Positions 1 to 11,508 of a stretch of DNA of 64,000 bases are shown in pieces; position 1 is the stretch's first letter; each line of letters begins with the position of its first letter. This stretch comes from an uncultured Methanomicrobiales archaeon. Its GTDB lineage: Archaea > Halobacteriota > Methanomicrobia > Methanomicrobiales > Methanospirillaceae. The stretch is from assembly GCA_963758915.1 (NCBI GenBank), contig CAVWXH010000016.1:96001-160000 (forward strand), given 5' to 3'. The notes under the pieces were generated by a model that was given only the letters and a program-made list of their open reading frames with translations, had not been told where the DNA came from and ran no database searches. The position numbers were made by a program, and so were the translations under genes.

Positions 1-303
1 CTTAATAAGCTGCCTGATAGTTTCCATAGGGATGCAATCAGGGCACTTCTTTCAGACGCAACACAACAGATCTCCAAAGGGATTGTACACTGCAATGCAC
101 GTGATATGCCGGCCCTTAAGGAGATAATCGCACAAAAAGGAGAATTTTCGGGGTATTCCCCTGGGAATGTGAAGGATATTGAAGGAGGGGTCATAATCGA
201 GAGTAACGACAGTACCCTGCAAATCGATATGAGTTACCGCACATTCCTGGACAGTGTATGGGAAAAAGGGCTTAAGGATGCCTCGGATATCCTGTTCAGG
301 TAA
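1..303 (+). CDS. atpE: A-type ATP synthase subunit E, 3' part (starts before window)
   Basis: Open frame from base 1 to the stop at 303; C-terminal IEGGVIIES...IDMSYRTFL motif of V/A-type subunit E; directly upstream of subunit C. Confidence 0.9.
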   Translation, partial: LNKLPDSFHRDAIRALLSDATQQISKGIVHCNARDMPALKEIIAQKGEFSGYSPGNVKDIEGGVIIESNDSTLQIDMSYRTFLDSVWEKGLKDASDILFR

Positions 304-317
304 GGAGGTAGTAAAAC

Positions 318-1370
318 ATGGCTGAAGTGAGGGCTGGACCAGCTCCTTATATTTATGTCTGTACAAGGATGCGGGTCAGGAAATCAAAACTCCTGCCGAA
401 AGAAGAGTACCTCAGGATGCTGAATATGGGCCTCCCGGAGATCACCCGGTCGATAGAAGAACTTGAGTATAAGAGGGAAATTGACGAACTGAGCTCCTCG
501 TTTCATGGTATTGATCTGCTCGAGATCGCCTTATCATGGAACCTTGCCAAGGAATACCAGGCCATTATCGCTATCACTCCTGGAACACTCAAGGCATTTA
601 CACAGGCCTACCTGAGGCGCTGGGATATTCAGAATGTCCTTACCATTCTCCGGGGTAAACGGCAGGGCCTGAAACCGGGAAAAATCAAGGAAATTCTGAT
701 CCCGGCGGGTGAACTAGACCGTGTGTTCCTTGACCGGCTACTCCTTGAGGACTCACCTGAAAGAATTGTCGAGGCACTTAAGGGGAAGAAGCTGTACCCG
801 GTAATTGTAACGGAATTCCCAGGGGCAGTCCAGAGTAACTCGCTTTCCCACATGGAAAATGAGTTGTATAAGGATTTCTACCAGGATCTCATCAGCGATG
901 CAAACGCGATGAAGGGTGGAAAACTGTTCCTCAATTATATCAGCCTTGATATCGACATCACCAATATCAAGAACCTCTTCCGGCTCCGTGTCGATTCGAT
1001 ACCGGAGGACGCACGGGAGATGATGATCCCTGGCGGAACTTTTTCTGTGGACGATCTGCACAGGTTAAGCAGTATCACTGACCAGAATGAGTTCATTGAT
1101 GCCCTCATGGAAAAAGTCCGTGTAAAGACCCTCCTCGCAGTTCTCGACAAATTGCGCGGGGACAAACCGATCCGTGAGATTGAGATTGACCTGATAAAAG
1201 TGCAGATCGAGCAGATGGAGAAAATGGCAAAATTAAACCCGGTTTCTATCCACCCGATCCTCGTGTATCTTGAGAAGAAAAAGTACGAAGTCTTCAATCT
1301 GCGTGCTATTGCCCGTGGCAAGGAGTCAAAACTCCCCACTGACCGGATAAAAGGGTACCTGGTGATGTAG
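318..1370 (+). CDS. atpC: A-type ATP synthase subunit C
   Basis: YxYVxTRMRVRKSKLL N-terminus, RRWDIQN and EVFNLRAIARGK motifs; operon position; GGAGGT RBS. Confidence 0.95.
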   Translation: MAEVRAGPAPYIYVCTRMRVRKSKLLPKEEYLRMLNMGLPEITRSIEELEYKREIDELSSSFHGIDLLEIALSWNLAKEYQAIIAITPGTLKAFTQAYLRRWDIQNVLTILRGKRQGLKPGKIKEILIPAGELDRVFLDRLLLEDSPERIVEALKGKKLYPVIVTEFPGAVQSNSLSHMENELYKDFYQDLISDANAMKGGKLFLNYISLDIDITNIKNLFRLRVDSIPEDAREMMIPGGTFSVDDLHRLSSITDQNEFIDALMEKVRVKTLLAVLDKLRGDKPIREIEIDLIKVQIEQMEKMAKLNPVSIHPILVYLEKKKYEVFNLRAIARGKESKLPTDRIKGYLVM

Positions 1371-1673
1371 ATGGAGATTGCAGTCATTGGTAACAGTGAG
1401 TTCATCTTAGGGTTCCGGCTTGCCGGAATAAGGAAGACGTACGCAGCAGAAAACGAAGCAAAGCTCACAGAATATATCAACGGGGTTCTTGGGGACAACG
1501 ATGTCGGGATCCTTGTCCTGAACAATAGTGATATGAACCGGATCCCGGTACGGCTCAGAACACAACTCGAAAATTCGGTAAAACCGACGGTAATCGCAAT
1601 CGGCGGGGAAGAAGGCGGGTTGTCCATGAGAGAGAGAATCAAGAGATCAGTGGGTGTTGATCTGTGGAAGTGA
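1371..1673 (+). CDS. atpF: A-type ATP synthase subunit F
   Basis: [17 protein letters not shown] start and [10 protein letters not shown] end; 100 aa. Confidence 0.96.
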   Translation: MEIAVIGNSEFILGFRLAGIRKTYAAENEAKLTEYINGVLGDNDVGILVLNNSDMNRIPVRLRTQLENSVKPTVIAIGGEEGGLSMRERIKRSVGVDLWK

Positions 1674-3430
1674 ATGAAAAAGATTCAAAAATCGACAAAA
1701 AGGGTGTTCTTAAAAGGATTTCAGGGCCGGTTGTCACGGCAGTGAATTTCGATGCCCACATGTACGACGTAGTCAAAGTCGGGAACGAGGCATTGATGGG
1801 CGAAGTCATCAAGATCCAGGGTGAGGAAACCATCATCCAGGTCTACGAAGATACTTCAGGCATCAAACCCGGGGAACCTGTAGTGAATACAGGACTTTCT
1901 CTTGCGGTTGAACTGGGCCCTGGTCTCCTGACAAATATCTACGATGGCATTCAGCGTCCTTTAAGCGTCCTCGTCGATAAGATGGGAAATTTCATCGAGA
2001 GAGGAGTTTCTGCCCCAGGGCTTCCCCACGATAAGAAGTGGGAATTTGTGCCCCTGGTCAAAGAAGGTGACAAGGTCATTGGCGGGAGTATCATCGGTGA
2101 AGTGCAGGAAACGAACATCGTCCATAAAGTCATGGTACCCCCGAATCTCAAGGGTGGGGCTGTAAAAAGCATTAAATCAGGCTCTTTTACCGTCGATGAG
2201 GTAGTGTGCGTTCTTGAGGACGGCACTTCATTAACCATGATGCAGCGCTGGCCTGTGCGGGTTCCAAGACCTGTAAAAGAAAAGCTGAACCCGGAGATCC
2301 CGTTGATTACCGGTCAGCGGATACTCGACGGGCTCTTCCCGATCGCAAAAGGAGGCACAGCAGCAATCCCTGGCCCGTTCGGAAGCGGTAAAACCGTCAC
2401 CCAGCAGCAGCTTGCAAAATGGAGTGATGCGGAGATCGTGGTCTACATCGGCTGCGGTGAACGCGGCAATGAAATGACAGAAGTGCTGACGGAATTCCCG
2501 GAACTCGAAGACCCGAAGACCGGCAAACCACTGATGGAGAGGACCGTTCTTATTGCAAACACGAGCAACATGCCGGTGGCGGCACGAGAAGCATCGGTGT
2601 ATACCGGTATCACGATTGCGGAGTATTTCCGTGATATGGGATACGATGTCTCGCTGATGGCAGATTCCACCTCACGATGGGCGGAAGCAATGCGTGAGAT
2701 CTCATCACGTCTTGAAGAGATGCCTGGTGAGGAAGGATACCCTGCATATCTTGCAGCCCGGCTCTCGGAATTCTACGAACGTGCAGGACTTGTGATTACC
2801 CTCGCTGGTGGAAATGGTTCCGTATCAGTTATCGGTGCAGTTTCCCCCCCTGGTGGAGATTTCTCCGAGCCTGTTACCCAGAATACCCTCCGTATTGTCA
2901 AGGTGTTCTGGGCGCTCGATGCGAAACTTTCGCAGCGCCGTCATTTCCCGGCCATCAACTGGTTAAACTCATATTCCCTGTACCTTGATACCCTCCACGA
3001 CTGGTACGACCGCGAGGTCTCACCCGAGTGGAACACATTGAGGTCATGGGCAATGGAAGTCCTCCAGAAAGAGGCCGAGCTCCAGGAGATCGTGCAGCTG
3101 GTAGGGTCAGACGCATTGCCTGAGACTGAACAGATCACGATCGAGGTTGCCCGCATGATACGTGAGATCTTCCTCCAGCAGAATGCCTATGATCCGGTCG
3201 ACACGTTCTGTGACATGAAGAAGCAGTATGATATTATGAAGTCGATCAAGTTGTTCGCCGACCTTTCGGCGGCAGCACAGGCAGCAGGTGTGACTCCGAC
3301 ACAGATTATTGCTTCCAAAGCGAAGAACGACCTGCCGCAGATCAAATTCATCAAGGACTACCAACCTGAGCTCGAGAGGATTGAAAAAGAGATGGATGCA
3401 GAATTCAATGCACTGAGGGCGGCAGCATGA
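1664..3430 (+). CDS. atpA: A-type ATP synthase catalytic subunit A
   Basis: Walker [26 protein letters not shown] motifs; 588 aa with no intein. Confidence 0.98.
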   Translation: MEVNEKDSKIDKKGVLKRISGPVVTAVNFDAHMYDVVKVGNEALMGEVIKIQGEETIIQVYEDTSGIKPGEPVVNTGLSLAVELGPGLLTNIYDGIQRPLSVLVDKMGNFIERGVSAPGLPHDKKWEFVPLVKEGDKVIGGSIIGEVQETNIVHKVMVPPNLKGGAVKSIKSGSFTVDEVVCVLEDGTSLTMMQRWPVRVPRPVKEKLNPEIPLITGQRILDGLFPIAKGGTAAIPGPFGSGKTVTQQQLAKWSDAEIVVYIGCGERGNEMTEVLTEFPELEDPKTGKPLMERTVLIANTSNMPVAAREASVYTGITIAEYFRDMGYDVSLMADSTSRWAEAMREISSRLEEMPGEEGYPAYLAARLSEFYERAGLVITLAGGNGSVSVIGAVSPPGGDFSEPVTQNTLRIVKVFWALDAKLSQRRHFPAINWLNSYSLYLDTLHDWYDREVSPEWNTLRSWAMEVLQKEAELQEIVQLVGSDALPETEQITIEVARMIREIFLQQNAYDPVDTFCDMKKQYDIMKSIKLFADLSAAAQAAGVTPTQIIASKAKNDLPQIKFIKDYQPELERIEKEMDAEFNALRAAA

Positions 3431-4815
3431 AGGAATACAGGACGATTTCTAAAATTGCCGGTCCTCTCGTGTTTGTCGAGAAGACCGAGCCTATCGGGTA
3501 CGGTGAGCTGGTCAACATTGTGACCTCTGATGGTACCATTAAGCGTGGGCAGGTGCTCGATACGAGCGATAATCTCGTCGTTGTGCAGGTCTTTGAGACG
3601 ACTGCAGGTATCGGAAGGGACAGTGGTGTCCGTTTCACCGGTGAAACCATCAAAATGCCTGTCGGAAAGGAGATGCTCGGACGTATCCTCTCTGGTGGCG
3701 GGAAGCCGATTGACGGCGGCCCTGAAATAGTCCCGGAAAAACGCCTGGATATCACCGGTGCGGCAATCAATCCCTATGCGCGTGCATCACCGAACGAATT
3801 TATCCAGACCGGTATTTCAACCATTGACGGGACGAACACACTTGTCAGGGGACAGAAGCTCCCGATTTTCTCGGCAGCGGGTCTTCCCCACAATAATGTG
3901 GCCCTGCAGATCGCCCGGCAGTCAAAAGTGATCGGTTCCACGGAGCCTTTCGCCGTGGTTTTCGCTGCCATGGGTATCACGAAGGAAGAGGCAAACCACT
4001 TCATGAAGGACTTTGAGCGTACAGGGGCGCTCGAGCGTGCAGTAGTGTTCTTAAACCTCGCTGATGACCCGGCAGTCGAACGGATTATCACCCCGCGTCT
4101 TGCCCTCACAACGGCCGAGTACCTTGCATTTGAACTTGGGATGCACGTGCTGGTTATCCTTACCGACATGACCAATTATTGTGAAGCACTCCGTCAGATT
4201 GGCGCGGCCCGTGAAGAAGTGCCAGGTCGCCGTGGTTATCCCGGTTACATGTACACCGACCTTGCAAGCATCTACGAACGTGCAGGGATTATCAAGGGCC
4301 TGAAAGGTTCTGTAACCCAGATCCCGATCCTTACGATGCCGGGTGACGATATCACGCACCCGATCCCTGACCTTACCGGGTACATTACCGAAGGACAGAT
4401 CGTGGTTTCCCGTGAGCTCCACCGGAAGGGTATTTACCCGCCAATCAACGTTTTGCCCTCATTATCCCGCCTGATGAACCTTGGTATCGGAAAAGGTCAT
4501 ACAAGGGAAGACCACAAAAAGGTCTCTGACCAGATGTATGCCGGGTATGCGGAAGGAAACGACCTCCGTGGCCTGGTCGCGATCGTGGGTAAGGATGCCC
4601 TTTCAGAACGTGACCGGATGCTTCTTGAATTTGCAGACCTCTTTGAACAGCGGTTTGTAAAACAGGGATACGACGAGGACAGGACAATCGTGGACACGCT
4701 TGATCTCGGCTGGGACCTGCTCTCGACATTACCCGTGGAACAGCTCACCCGTATCGATCGGGACCTTATCAACCGGTATCATCCCAAATTTAAAGCCGGG
4801 GCAGCAAAGGAGTAA
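3427..4815 (+). CDS. atpB: A-type ATP synthase subunit B
   Basis: [37 protein letters not shown] motifs. Confidence 0.98.
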   Translation: MKEYRTISKIAGPLVFVEKTEPIGYGELVNIVTSDGTIKRGQVLDTSDNLVVVQVFETTAGIGRDSGVRFTGETIKMPVGKEMLGRILSGGGKPIDGGPEIVPEKRLDITGAAINPYARASPNEFIQTGISTIDGTNTLVRGQKLPIFSAAGLPHNNVALQIARQSKVIGSTEPFAVVFAAMGITKEEANHFMKDFERTGALERAVVFLNLADDPAVERIITPRLALTTAEYLAFELGMHVLVILTDMTNYCEALRQIGAAREEVPGRRGYPGYMYTDLASIYERAGIIKGLKGSVTQIPILTMPGDDITHPIPDLTGYITEGQIVVSRELHRKGIYPPINVLPSLSRLMNLGIGKGHTREDHKKVSDQMYAGYAEGNDLRGLVAIVGKDALSERDRMLLEFADLFEQRFVKQGYDEDRTIVDTLDLGWDLLSTLPVEQLTRIDRDLINRYHPKFKAGAAKE

Positions 4816-4821
4816 CGTCAC

Positions 4822-5451
4822 ATGGCGCTCAGAGATATTAAGCCAACACGTTCAGAACTGATCAACCTTAAAAGGAGGATTGCGCTCTCCGAGCGTGGCT
4901 ATAAAATTCTCAAGATGAAGCGTGACGGACTGATCCTTGAATTTTTCAAGGTTCTTGCGGATGCCAAAGACAGCCGTGGAGAACTGCTGCAGAAATACCA
5001 GCGGGCAGTTGAAAGCATGGCGCTTGCGAACACGGTAGAAGGAGCAATCGGGGTAAAATCAGCTGCATTCTCCGTTAAGGAGGTACCCCAGATCATCCTG
5101 ACCTCCAAAAATATCATGGGGGTTGTCGTGCCAAAAATCGAGTCTTCGAAGGTGAGAAAGAGCCTTGTCGACCGTGGGTACGGTGTCCTCGGCACCACCT
5201 CGATTATCGATGAGACCGCCACCTCCTTTGAGGAGCTCGTTGAAGCGATCATCGAGAGTGCAGAGATCGAGACCACGATGAAACGACTCCTTAGTGAGAT
5301 CGAGTCAACAAAGCGCCGTGTTAATGCGTTAGAGTTTAAGGTGATCCCGGAACTTTCCGAGGCACGGGACTTTATCAAGATGCGTCTCGATGAGATGGAA
5401 CGGGAAGAACTCTTCCGCCTTAAGAAGATCAAGGCAAGAATGAAAGCATAA
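4822..5451 (+). CDS. atpD: A-type ATP synthase subunit D
   Basis: KPTRSEL, LKMKRDGL, KRRVNALE, ERE..FRLKKIK motifs. Confidence 0.97.
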   Translation: MALRDIKPTRSELINLKRRIALSERGYKILKMKRDGLILEFFKVLADAKDSRGELLQKYQRAVESMALANTVEGAIGVKSAAFSVKEVPQIILTSKNIMGVVVPKIESSKVRKSLVDRGYGVLGTTSIIDETATSFEELVEAIIESAEIETTMKRLLSEIESTKRRVNALEFKVIPELSEARDFIKMRLDEMEREELFRLKKIKARMKA

Positions 5452-5470
5452 TTGTAACCATGAGGTGCAG

Positions 5471-6686
5471 ATGCCGATCGGCACACTGAATGAAATGGGA
5501 ACTGATGGGAAAACGGTCCTGCTCAGGCTTGATCTCAATTCCCCCATCGATCCCACATCAAATCTTATTCTCGACGATAAACGGTTTCGTGAACATATAC
5601 CTACGATACAGGCCCTGAAGGGAAGCAGGGTCGTGATCGTGACACACCAGAGCCGTCCTGGGAAAAAGGACTTCACGACACTTGAAGCCCATGCTGAGAA
5701 GTTATCCCAGATGCTCGGGCGATCGGTTTTCTATATCGATGATATATTTGGGAACTCGTGCACGGGACGCCGTCCGGAATATGCGTTCGGGAGAAGTGAT
5801 AATGCTTGAGAATGTCAGGTTTAATGCTGAAGAAAACCTGACATTAAAACCCGAAGAAGCAAAAAAGACCCATCTTGTGCGTAAACTTTCAGGTATGGGG
5901 GATATTTTTATTAACGATGCATTCGGGACGGCACATCGCTCGCAGCCTACGGTTGTCGGGCTCCCGCTGGTCATGAAATCAGCTGCCGGTCTCCTGATGG
6001 AGAAGGAGGTCTCAACATTGAGCAGGGTGTTCATCGGGGCGCCAAAACCTGTGTGCATGGTGCTTGGTGGAACCAAGGTTGATGACTCGATGGCGGTTGC
6101 CCGGCATGTCCTTGAACATGGTATTGCCGATGAGGTAATGGTAATAGGCGTAGTTGCGAATGTCTTTCTCATTGCACTTGGTTTTGATATTGGCTCACCT
6201 TCTACACAATTGATCCACCAGCTGAAGTATGATAAGGAGATCGGTCATGCACGGGACCTCCTTGACCGTTACAGGGAGAGGATTATCGTTCCGGACTGGG
6301 TTGCAGTCCGGGAAGGGAACAGGCGTGTGGAATTTCCCGTCAACGCGATACCAGGGGATGCTCCGGTCCTGGACCTTGGGATGGATGCTATCAGCATGCT
6401 TTCAAAACAATTAAAGGCCGCCGGAACTGTGGTATTCAACGGACCGGCCGGGGTGTTCGAGGAGCCTGATTTCGCTACAGGGACCTATGAACTCCTGAAA
6501 GCGGCATCAACAGTGGATTTCTCAGTAGTGGGTGGTGGGCATACCGCTGCGGTTATCGAAAAACTCGGGCTTGGGAAGCACTTTACCCACATATCGACAG
6601 GCGGTGGGGCCTGCATCGAGTTTCTGACCGGGAAAAAACTTCCGGCAGTTGAAGCACTTGAGTTGTCAAAACAGATATTTGGTTAA
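5471..6686 (+). pseudogene. pgk: Phosphoglycerate kinase split by a single +1 frameshift at ~5750 (possibly an assembly error)
   Basis: LRLDLNSP and THQSRPG lie in ORF 5465-5809; LENVRF, NDAFGTAHR, GGTKV, GGGHT, HISTGGGA lie in ORF 5682-6686; removing one G from TTTGGGAACT joins IDDIFG to TRARDAV. Confidence 0.88.
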
Positions 6687-6689
6687 TCC

Positions 6690-7456
6690 GGTTCTGTTGA
6701 AAACACATATGAACAGTGAGTTCACAGCAAAACTATGAAAATTCCCGTTAAATTCTCCTGATATCGGGGGCCGATCAAGCAATTAATATGAAAATCCCAC
6801 TAACAATTTCATTTTGTATGCTTGTGGCCCTTTGGCATCATGCCTGTTTTCACAGGGTATCCTGCATATCTTTTAAATATGGGCTTTGTTGAAACCCTTC
6901 GGTGTCATAAAAAAAATAAGAGGGAAATACGAAGACAGGAGGGGGTTTCGCTCCCTCCCTGCCCCACTCCCATTAAGATATTCTTCGGGCAGGGTTTCCC
7001 AAAGGTCCATTAAATTCAGAGTATAGGGGAATAGTCTCTATCCCAACCGGGGTCGACAAAGCGGCGGGGCGGAGCCCCGGGAGCGTGACGGAATTTTGGA
7101 ATTACCAATCTCCAAGATAGATTTGAGAGGATTACCATGAAAAAGCCTGAACGGCCATTAACATAAGAGATTTTGAACGATACATTTTCATAGCCCTGGT
7201 GTGGACATCCCGTTCTTGTGTGTTTCTACAGAGCGTAAAAAGAGGAAATTCGTTGACAGGAGGGGTTTTCACTCCCTTCCTGTCCCTCCCCCAGCAAAGA
7301 TATTCAGTGTGCATGGTTCACCCGACATTTTGGGGATTTATGGCCCCGTCCCTACCAAAACCGGGCAGCCAAAGCGGCGGGGCCGAACCCCGGGATCTTG
7401 GGTAAATTTGGGAATACCCCTGTTAAAAAGAAAGATTTACAGGTTTTAACAAGCCC
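6690..7456. mobile_element. Mosaic/nested cluster of non-autonomous MITE-like repeats with IS903-like terminal inverted repeats
   Basis: GGCTTTGTTGAA at 6882; inverted ends near 7137-7147, 7222-7234 and 7442-7456; internal blocks recur at 10.6-11.0, 13.1, 15.6, 16.5, 34.4-35.1 and 55.4-55.9 kb. Confidence 0.7.
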
Positions 7457-7508
7457 AAAAATATTATTACGATTGATTATCTGCCTGGTTATTCGATGTG
7501 TCGGAACA

Positions 7509-8147
7509 TTACGCGATAAGGTTCATCGCGGCCAATAGCTGACTGGTGGTCCCCATATTACTCTGGTAGCCGACATTAGCCCGGTTATATGCATCATTTG
7601 CGTTATACCAGTTGCCTGCAAGCGCAAAGTCAGATGACTCTTTGTATGTTACCGTATTTCGTTGAACCGCATTCAACGTTGAAATCAGGACCGAAAGTGT
7701 TTCCTGCTGTGATTGAGGGGCTGTTTTCAACGCACTGGTATAGTCGGCCTGCGCACTGATGAAGAGGTTTTCAGCCGAGATGAAATTCTGTTTGGCGCTA
7801 AAGACTACATTCGTCTCATTATTATAGTTAGATCTGATGCTAAGCGGGGGAATCATTAAAGTTTTACCTTTTTCGACCTCTTTCTTTGCACTGTTTACTT
7901 TGTCGGTGCCAGACTGGATATAATCCAGGTATGCATATGCTGAAGTGGGTACCGGTGTGATTGCTGTCGGTGCAGGCGTTGGCTGAACTATTTCCGGGGT
8001 TGGTTCAGGAGTTGGCTGAACTGTCGGCTGGGACAGCGGTAATGTTCGTGAATATACCGAGTATGCGAACACGAGTGCTACCATGCAGACAGCGATGACG
8101 ATAACAATAGTTATTATCAGATTTGGTGATAATTTCATAATAAACAA
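7509..8147 (-). CDS. Hypothetical membrane-anchored or secreted protein with Pro/Thr-rich linker
   Basis: N-terminal hydrophobic helix, then QPTVQPTPEPTPE linker and a predicted helical domain; start may be the ATG at 8138. Confidence 0.8.
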   Translation of the reverse strand: MFIMKLSPNLIITIVIVIAVCMVALVFAYSVYSRTLPLSQPTVQPTPEPTPEIVQPTPAPTAITPVPTSAYAYLDYIQSGTDKVNSAKKEVEKGKTLMIPPLSIRSNYNNETNVVFSAKQNFISAENLFISAQADYTSALKTAPQSQQETLSVLISTLNAVQRNTVTYKESSDFALAGNWYNANDAYNRANVGYQSNMGTTSQLLAAMNLIA

Positions 8148-8444
8148 ATATTTATACTACCTCATTAACCTTTTGTAAAAACCTGATTCAGGAAAGATGA
8201 ATTGTTAGTGATGTCCCATGTTCCTGGCTTTTGAATAGTTTTCCATATTATTGATGCCGGTATCATATGTGCATGAATAAATTTTTGGGTGTACTGGTAC
8301 CATTTCATCCAGGCAGCAATCCAAATAATTGAGATTTGGCTTATAGAAGTATAAAATACCCGCCGATGGTCACTTTGGTTAACCCCTTTTTTCGTTGTCC
8401 GGTACCAGTATCAGACCGCCATAATTTTTAGTCCGGCTATCGTT

Positions 8445-8804
8445 ATGGATAGTATGCGCACTCAGGTTCTTTTCCTGATTTTTGCTCTCCTTGTTCTTTC
8501 ACTACTGGGTAGCGGCTGCATGAACCTGGTACCCGGGGATGTGACATACAAATCAGGATCTATAACATTCATAGTCAGGAGCGAGGAAGCCATCCCTGAC
8601 GGGGTACTGGAAGTCGCGGTTTTCCGCTTGCAGGACTTAAAACAGGTCGAACTATTCAGGAATGCGGATAATTTTCCACTTAAGGCCGGGGATAACGTGG
8701 TCACCATACCGCTTCCACTCGGGAAGGGAAATTACCGGAGTTTTATCTACATCAGTTCAGCGACTACCCGCTACCCGGTGGTGATCAGGGATTTTGAAAT
8801 CTGA
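8445..8804 (+). CDS. Hypothetical lipoprotein
   Basis: Signal peptide ending in LLGSGC (archaeal lipobox-like); overlaps the start of ade. Confidence 0.75.
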   Translation: MDSMRTQVLFLIFALLVLSLLGSGCMNLVPGDVTYKSGSITFIVRSEEAIPDGVLEVAVFRLQDLKQVELFRNADNFPLKAGDNVVTIPLPLGKGNYRSFIYISSATTRYPVVIRDFEI

Positions 8805-10461
8805 CCTTCAATCTTTAATCAGGGCCGCAAGAGGTCTTACCCCTGCGGATATTGTTATCCGGAATGCGGAACTCTACGACCCGTTTACCTGCGGCTGGGA
8901 CCTTGTTAATTTTGCCATAAAAGACGGGATAGTGCTTGGAACCGGTAATTATTCCGGTATCAGGGATATAGACTGCAAAGGGGCGCGGGTTGTTCCGGGA
9001 TTAATCGATTCCCATGTCCATATCGAGAGCTCCCTGCTTTGTCCCGCAGAATATGCCCGCCTGGTTGCCCGTCATGGGACGTCGACGGTCATCGCGGACC
9101 CCCACGAGATAGCGAATGTTCTGGGAAAACAAGGGATCGAATACATGCTCCAGGCATCGCAAAACACCGGCATTGATTTTTTTTATATGGTGCCGTCCTG
9201 TGTCCCATCGACACCTGTTGATACCGGAGGTGCTACGCTGGAGGCACCTGACCTCCTAACGTTTGCAGGCAGGGAAGGTATACTGGGATTGGGGGAAATG
9301 ATGAATATGCCGGGTGTCCTGTCAGGGGATGCGGGAATAATTAAAAAACTTGGAATTTTTCCTCTCATAGACGGACATGCCCCAATGCTTACCGGCAATG
9401 ACTTAAACGCCTATATACTCGCAGGGCCAGGGAGTGATCATGAATGTACAGAGGCTGCGGAAGCCCGGGAGAAGTTATCGAAGGGAATGCATATTTTTCT
9501 CCGGGAGGGCTCAACCGAGAAGAATATCAGGGCGCTGCTTCCGGTTGTGACCCCTTGCACGGTTTCACGGTGTTCATTTTCCACCGATGACCGTCACGCA
9601 GACACGCTTATGAAACAGGGACATATCGATGGTATAATACGAACGGCCGTATCAGAAGGGCTGGAACTTGAACTCGCTCTCCGGATGGCTACCCTGTCGG
9701 CAGCCGGGAGGTTCGGGTTACATGACCGTGGGGCGATATCCCCGGGTCGGATAGCGGATTTCTCTATCGTTGATACAAAAAAAGAATTTTATGTGAGGAG
9801 GACATTCAGACGCGGGAAAGAGATCCAGGGTGTATGCGTCCCTGTAACTGCACCGGCACTTCCGAACATAACGGCAACTATACCCGGGCCTGCTGACTTT
9901 GCCCTGAAAGGGAACGGGCTTGCACGAGTAATTGGTATTGTCCCCGGACAGATAATTACCAAAGAACTGCATTTTGATCTGCAAAGTGCAGAATTGCCCG
10001 ATTTAGAGCGGGATATAATAAAAACCACTGTTTGCAGCCGCTATTCTCCCGGGCTGCATATGACTGGTCTCGTACATGGGTTCGCGTTTGATCATGGCGC
10101 CATAGCTGGCAGTGTATCGCATGATGCCCATAATATTATTGCTGCCGGAACAAGCGACGAAGAACTTCAAAAAGCCATATCAGCCGTGATTTGTAACAAT
10201 GGTGGACTTGTGGCTGTGAATGGTGCTGATGTAACGGTGTTACCACTTGAAAATGCGGGGCTCATGTCCATAAGACCATATGAAGAGGTTGTTGAACAGC
10301 TCGAAATACTCCATTCAGCGACTCGTGAGATGGGTGGGATCGAAGACCCTTTTATGTACCTATCGTTCCTTTGCCTGCCAGTAATTCCGCAGCTCCGGCT
10401 GACGGTCCGTGGACTCTTTTCGGTTGAGAAATTTGAAACTGTCCCGGTATTTGTTGATTAG
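8794..10461 (+). CDS. ade: Adenine deaminase
   Basis: PGLIDSHVHIESS, DPHEIANV, IDGHAP, DHEC, LREGS, TDDRH, SHDAHN motifs. Confidence 0.95.
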   Translation: MKSDLQSLIRAARGLTPADIVIRNAELYDPFTCGWDLVNFAIKDGIVLGTGNYSGIRDIDCKGARVVPGLIDSHVHIESSLLCPAEYARLVARHGTSTVIADPHEIANVLGKQGIEYMLQASQNTGIDFFYMVPSCVPSTPVDTGGATLEAPDLLTFAGREGILGLGEMMNMPGVLSGDAGIIKKLGIFPLIDGHAPMLTGNDLNAYILAGPGSDHECTEAAEAREKLSKGMHIFLREGSTEKNIRALLPVVTPCTVSRCSFSTDDRHADTLMKQGHIDGIIRTAVSEGLELELALRMATLSAAGRFGLHDRGAISPGRIADFSIVDTKKEFYVRRTFRRGKEIQGVCVPVTAPALPNITATIPGPADFALKGNGLARVIGIVPGQIITKELHFDLQSAELPDLERDIIKTTVCSRYSPGLHMTGLVHGFAFDHGAIAGSVSHDAHNIIAAGTSDEELQKAISAVICNNGGLVAVNGADVTVLPLENAGLMSIRPYEEVVEQLEILHSATREMGGIEDPFMYLSFLCLPVIPQLRLTVRGLFSVEKFETVPVFVD

Positions 10462-10644
10462 GCAGAAAATACTTTTTTCCTCTGTCAATAACCTCCGGGT
10501 ATAAAAGAATGAAACGGGAGTCACTGTCAGGCAAATGGGTCAAGCCACACCCTGCCTGAGCCCATTATGCTTTTATTTTCCCACAGGGTAAACCAGTTTT
10601 TTTTAGATTCCTGAATAGTTCAGTAATGACCAGAAAACAGCCAA

Positions 10645-10997
10645 CTGCGGCTGAGGCGCCCAGGTTGGAATGGAGACATTTCTGGACCCACCGGGATTAT
10701 TGAAACGATCTCCAGAAAACCTTTTGCCTGGTTGAATTTCTTATCCGGGGTGGGATCGTGTGGGATAAATCCCCCTCCTGCTTAAGCAGTTCTGTTTACT
10801 ATGGCAGGATTAATTCCTACGATTTAATATAAAAATTCCCCTGGTAGTTTCATATTGTATGCTTGTGGCAACCAGGCCTCATGTCTGTTTTCAAAAGTAT
10901 GACCAATGACCGCAGGTCGTATAACTGTTTCCTTAATGCAGGAAAGGGTTTTCACTGAGCGTATATTTCAAAATCTGCAGGATAGATGTTAGAGGAC
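10645..10997. repeat. Degenerate copies of the dispersed MITE-like repeat blocks
   Basis: 10645-10781 is a reverse-strand copy of the CAGGAGGGGG...AAGATATTC...TCCCAACC block; 10823-10892 matches 6783-6852; 10972-10997 matches 7106-7131 and 15661-15683. Confidence 0.6.
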
Positions 10998-11508
10998 GTT
11001 AAACGAGTCCCTTTTTTCATACGGCCTCCTGAACAGACATCGTCAGAATGCCATGTTGTACTATGTCCGTAACAAACGGTACGATATTAAAAAGACTGCG
11101 GGAATTCCAGTGATAGAGAATGAGCTGAACGATAAGATCCGGTTGTTGGTGATGCCGGGAGTATCAGCCGGTGATTCATATCTTAAGAGTATCAGCATTA
11201 TGATATGATGATACCAGTCAACCGGACCCTATCAATTTCAGTACAGATTTTGTCTCCTTCAGATAATATAACAGTTTCGCTTGCCACATTGCAGAATTCT
11301 CCGGGTACCAGGGATTTGATCTCATAGAACCTGTATTTCGGGACTCTTTCATCCGAACTGCTGTTGAAACGATCTGCTGAAATGAGTAATCGCGCCATCG
11401 CCGGAGCAACGAATATGAATTAATATATAGATACGGTAACAATTTACATCAGGAGGGGGATATCCCAATGGGACGATCAGGGACAAGGATGCTACCGGGG
11501 GAAGAGTT

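Noticed and set aside
1664-3430. Intein in ATP synthase subunit A
   Set aside because: Normal 588 aa length with a continuous P-loop region
5747-5753. TTTGGGA as a programmed -1 slippery heptamer in pgk
   Set aside because: The frames require a +1 shift and the heptamer is not in X XXY YYZ phase
6872-6881. Target-site duplication for an element spanning 6881-7456
   Set aside because: Flanks TTAAATAT and AAAAATAT match only partly in AT-rich sequence; not convincing
6822-7449. Small ORFs 6822-7013, 7199-7405, 7201-7449 and the similar ORFs at 13093-13320, 34811-35116 and 55396-55605
   Set aside because: Their shared peptide words (DRRGFH, PIKIF) arise from the non-coding repeat family; frames and lengths are not conserved between copies
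6690-7456. Possible CRISPR array
   Set aside because: No regularly spaced identical 24-47 bp repeats with unique spacers, and no cas genes in the window
11198-11442. Minus-strand ORFs of 66-74 aa upstream of the response regulator
   Set aside because: No recognisable motif, RBS or clear start; cannot be supported
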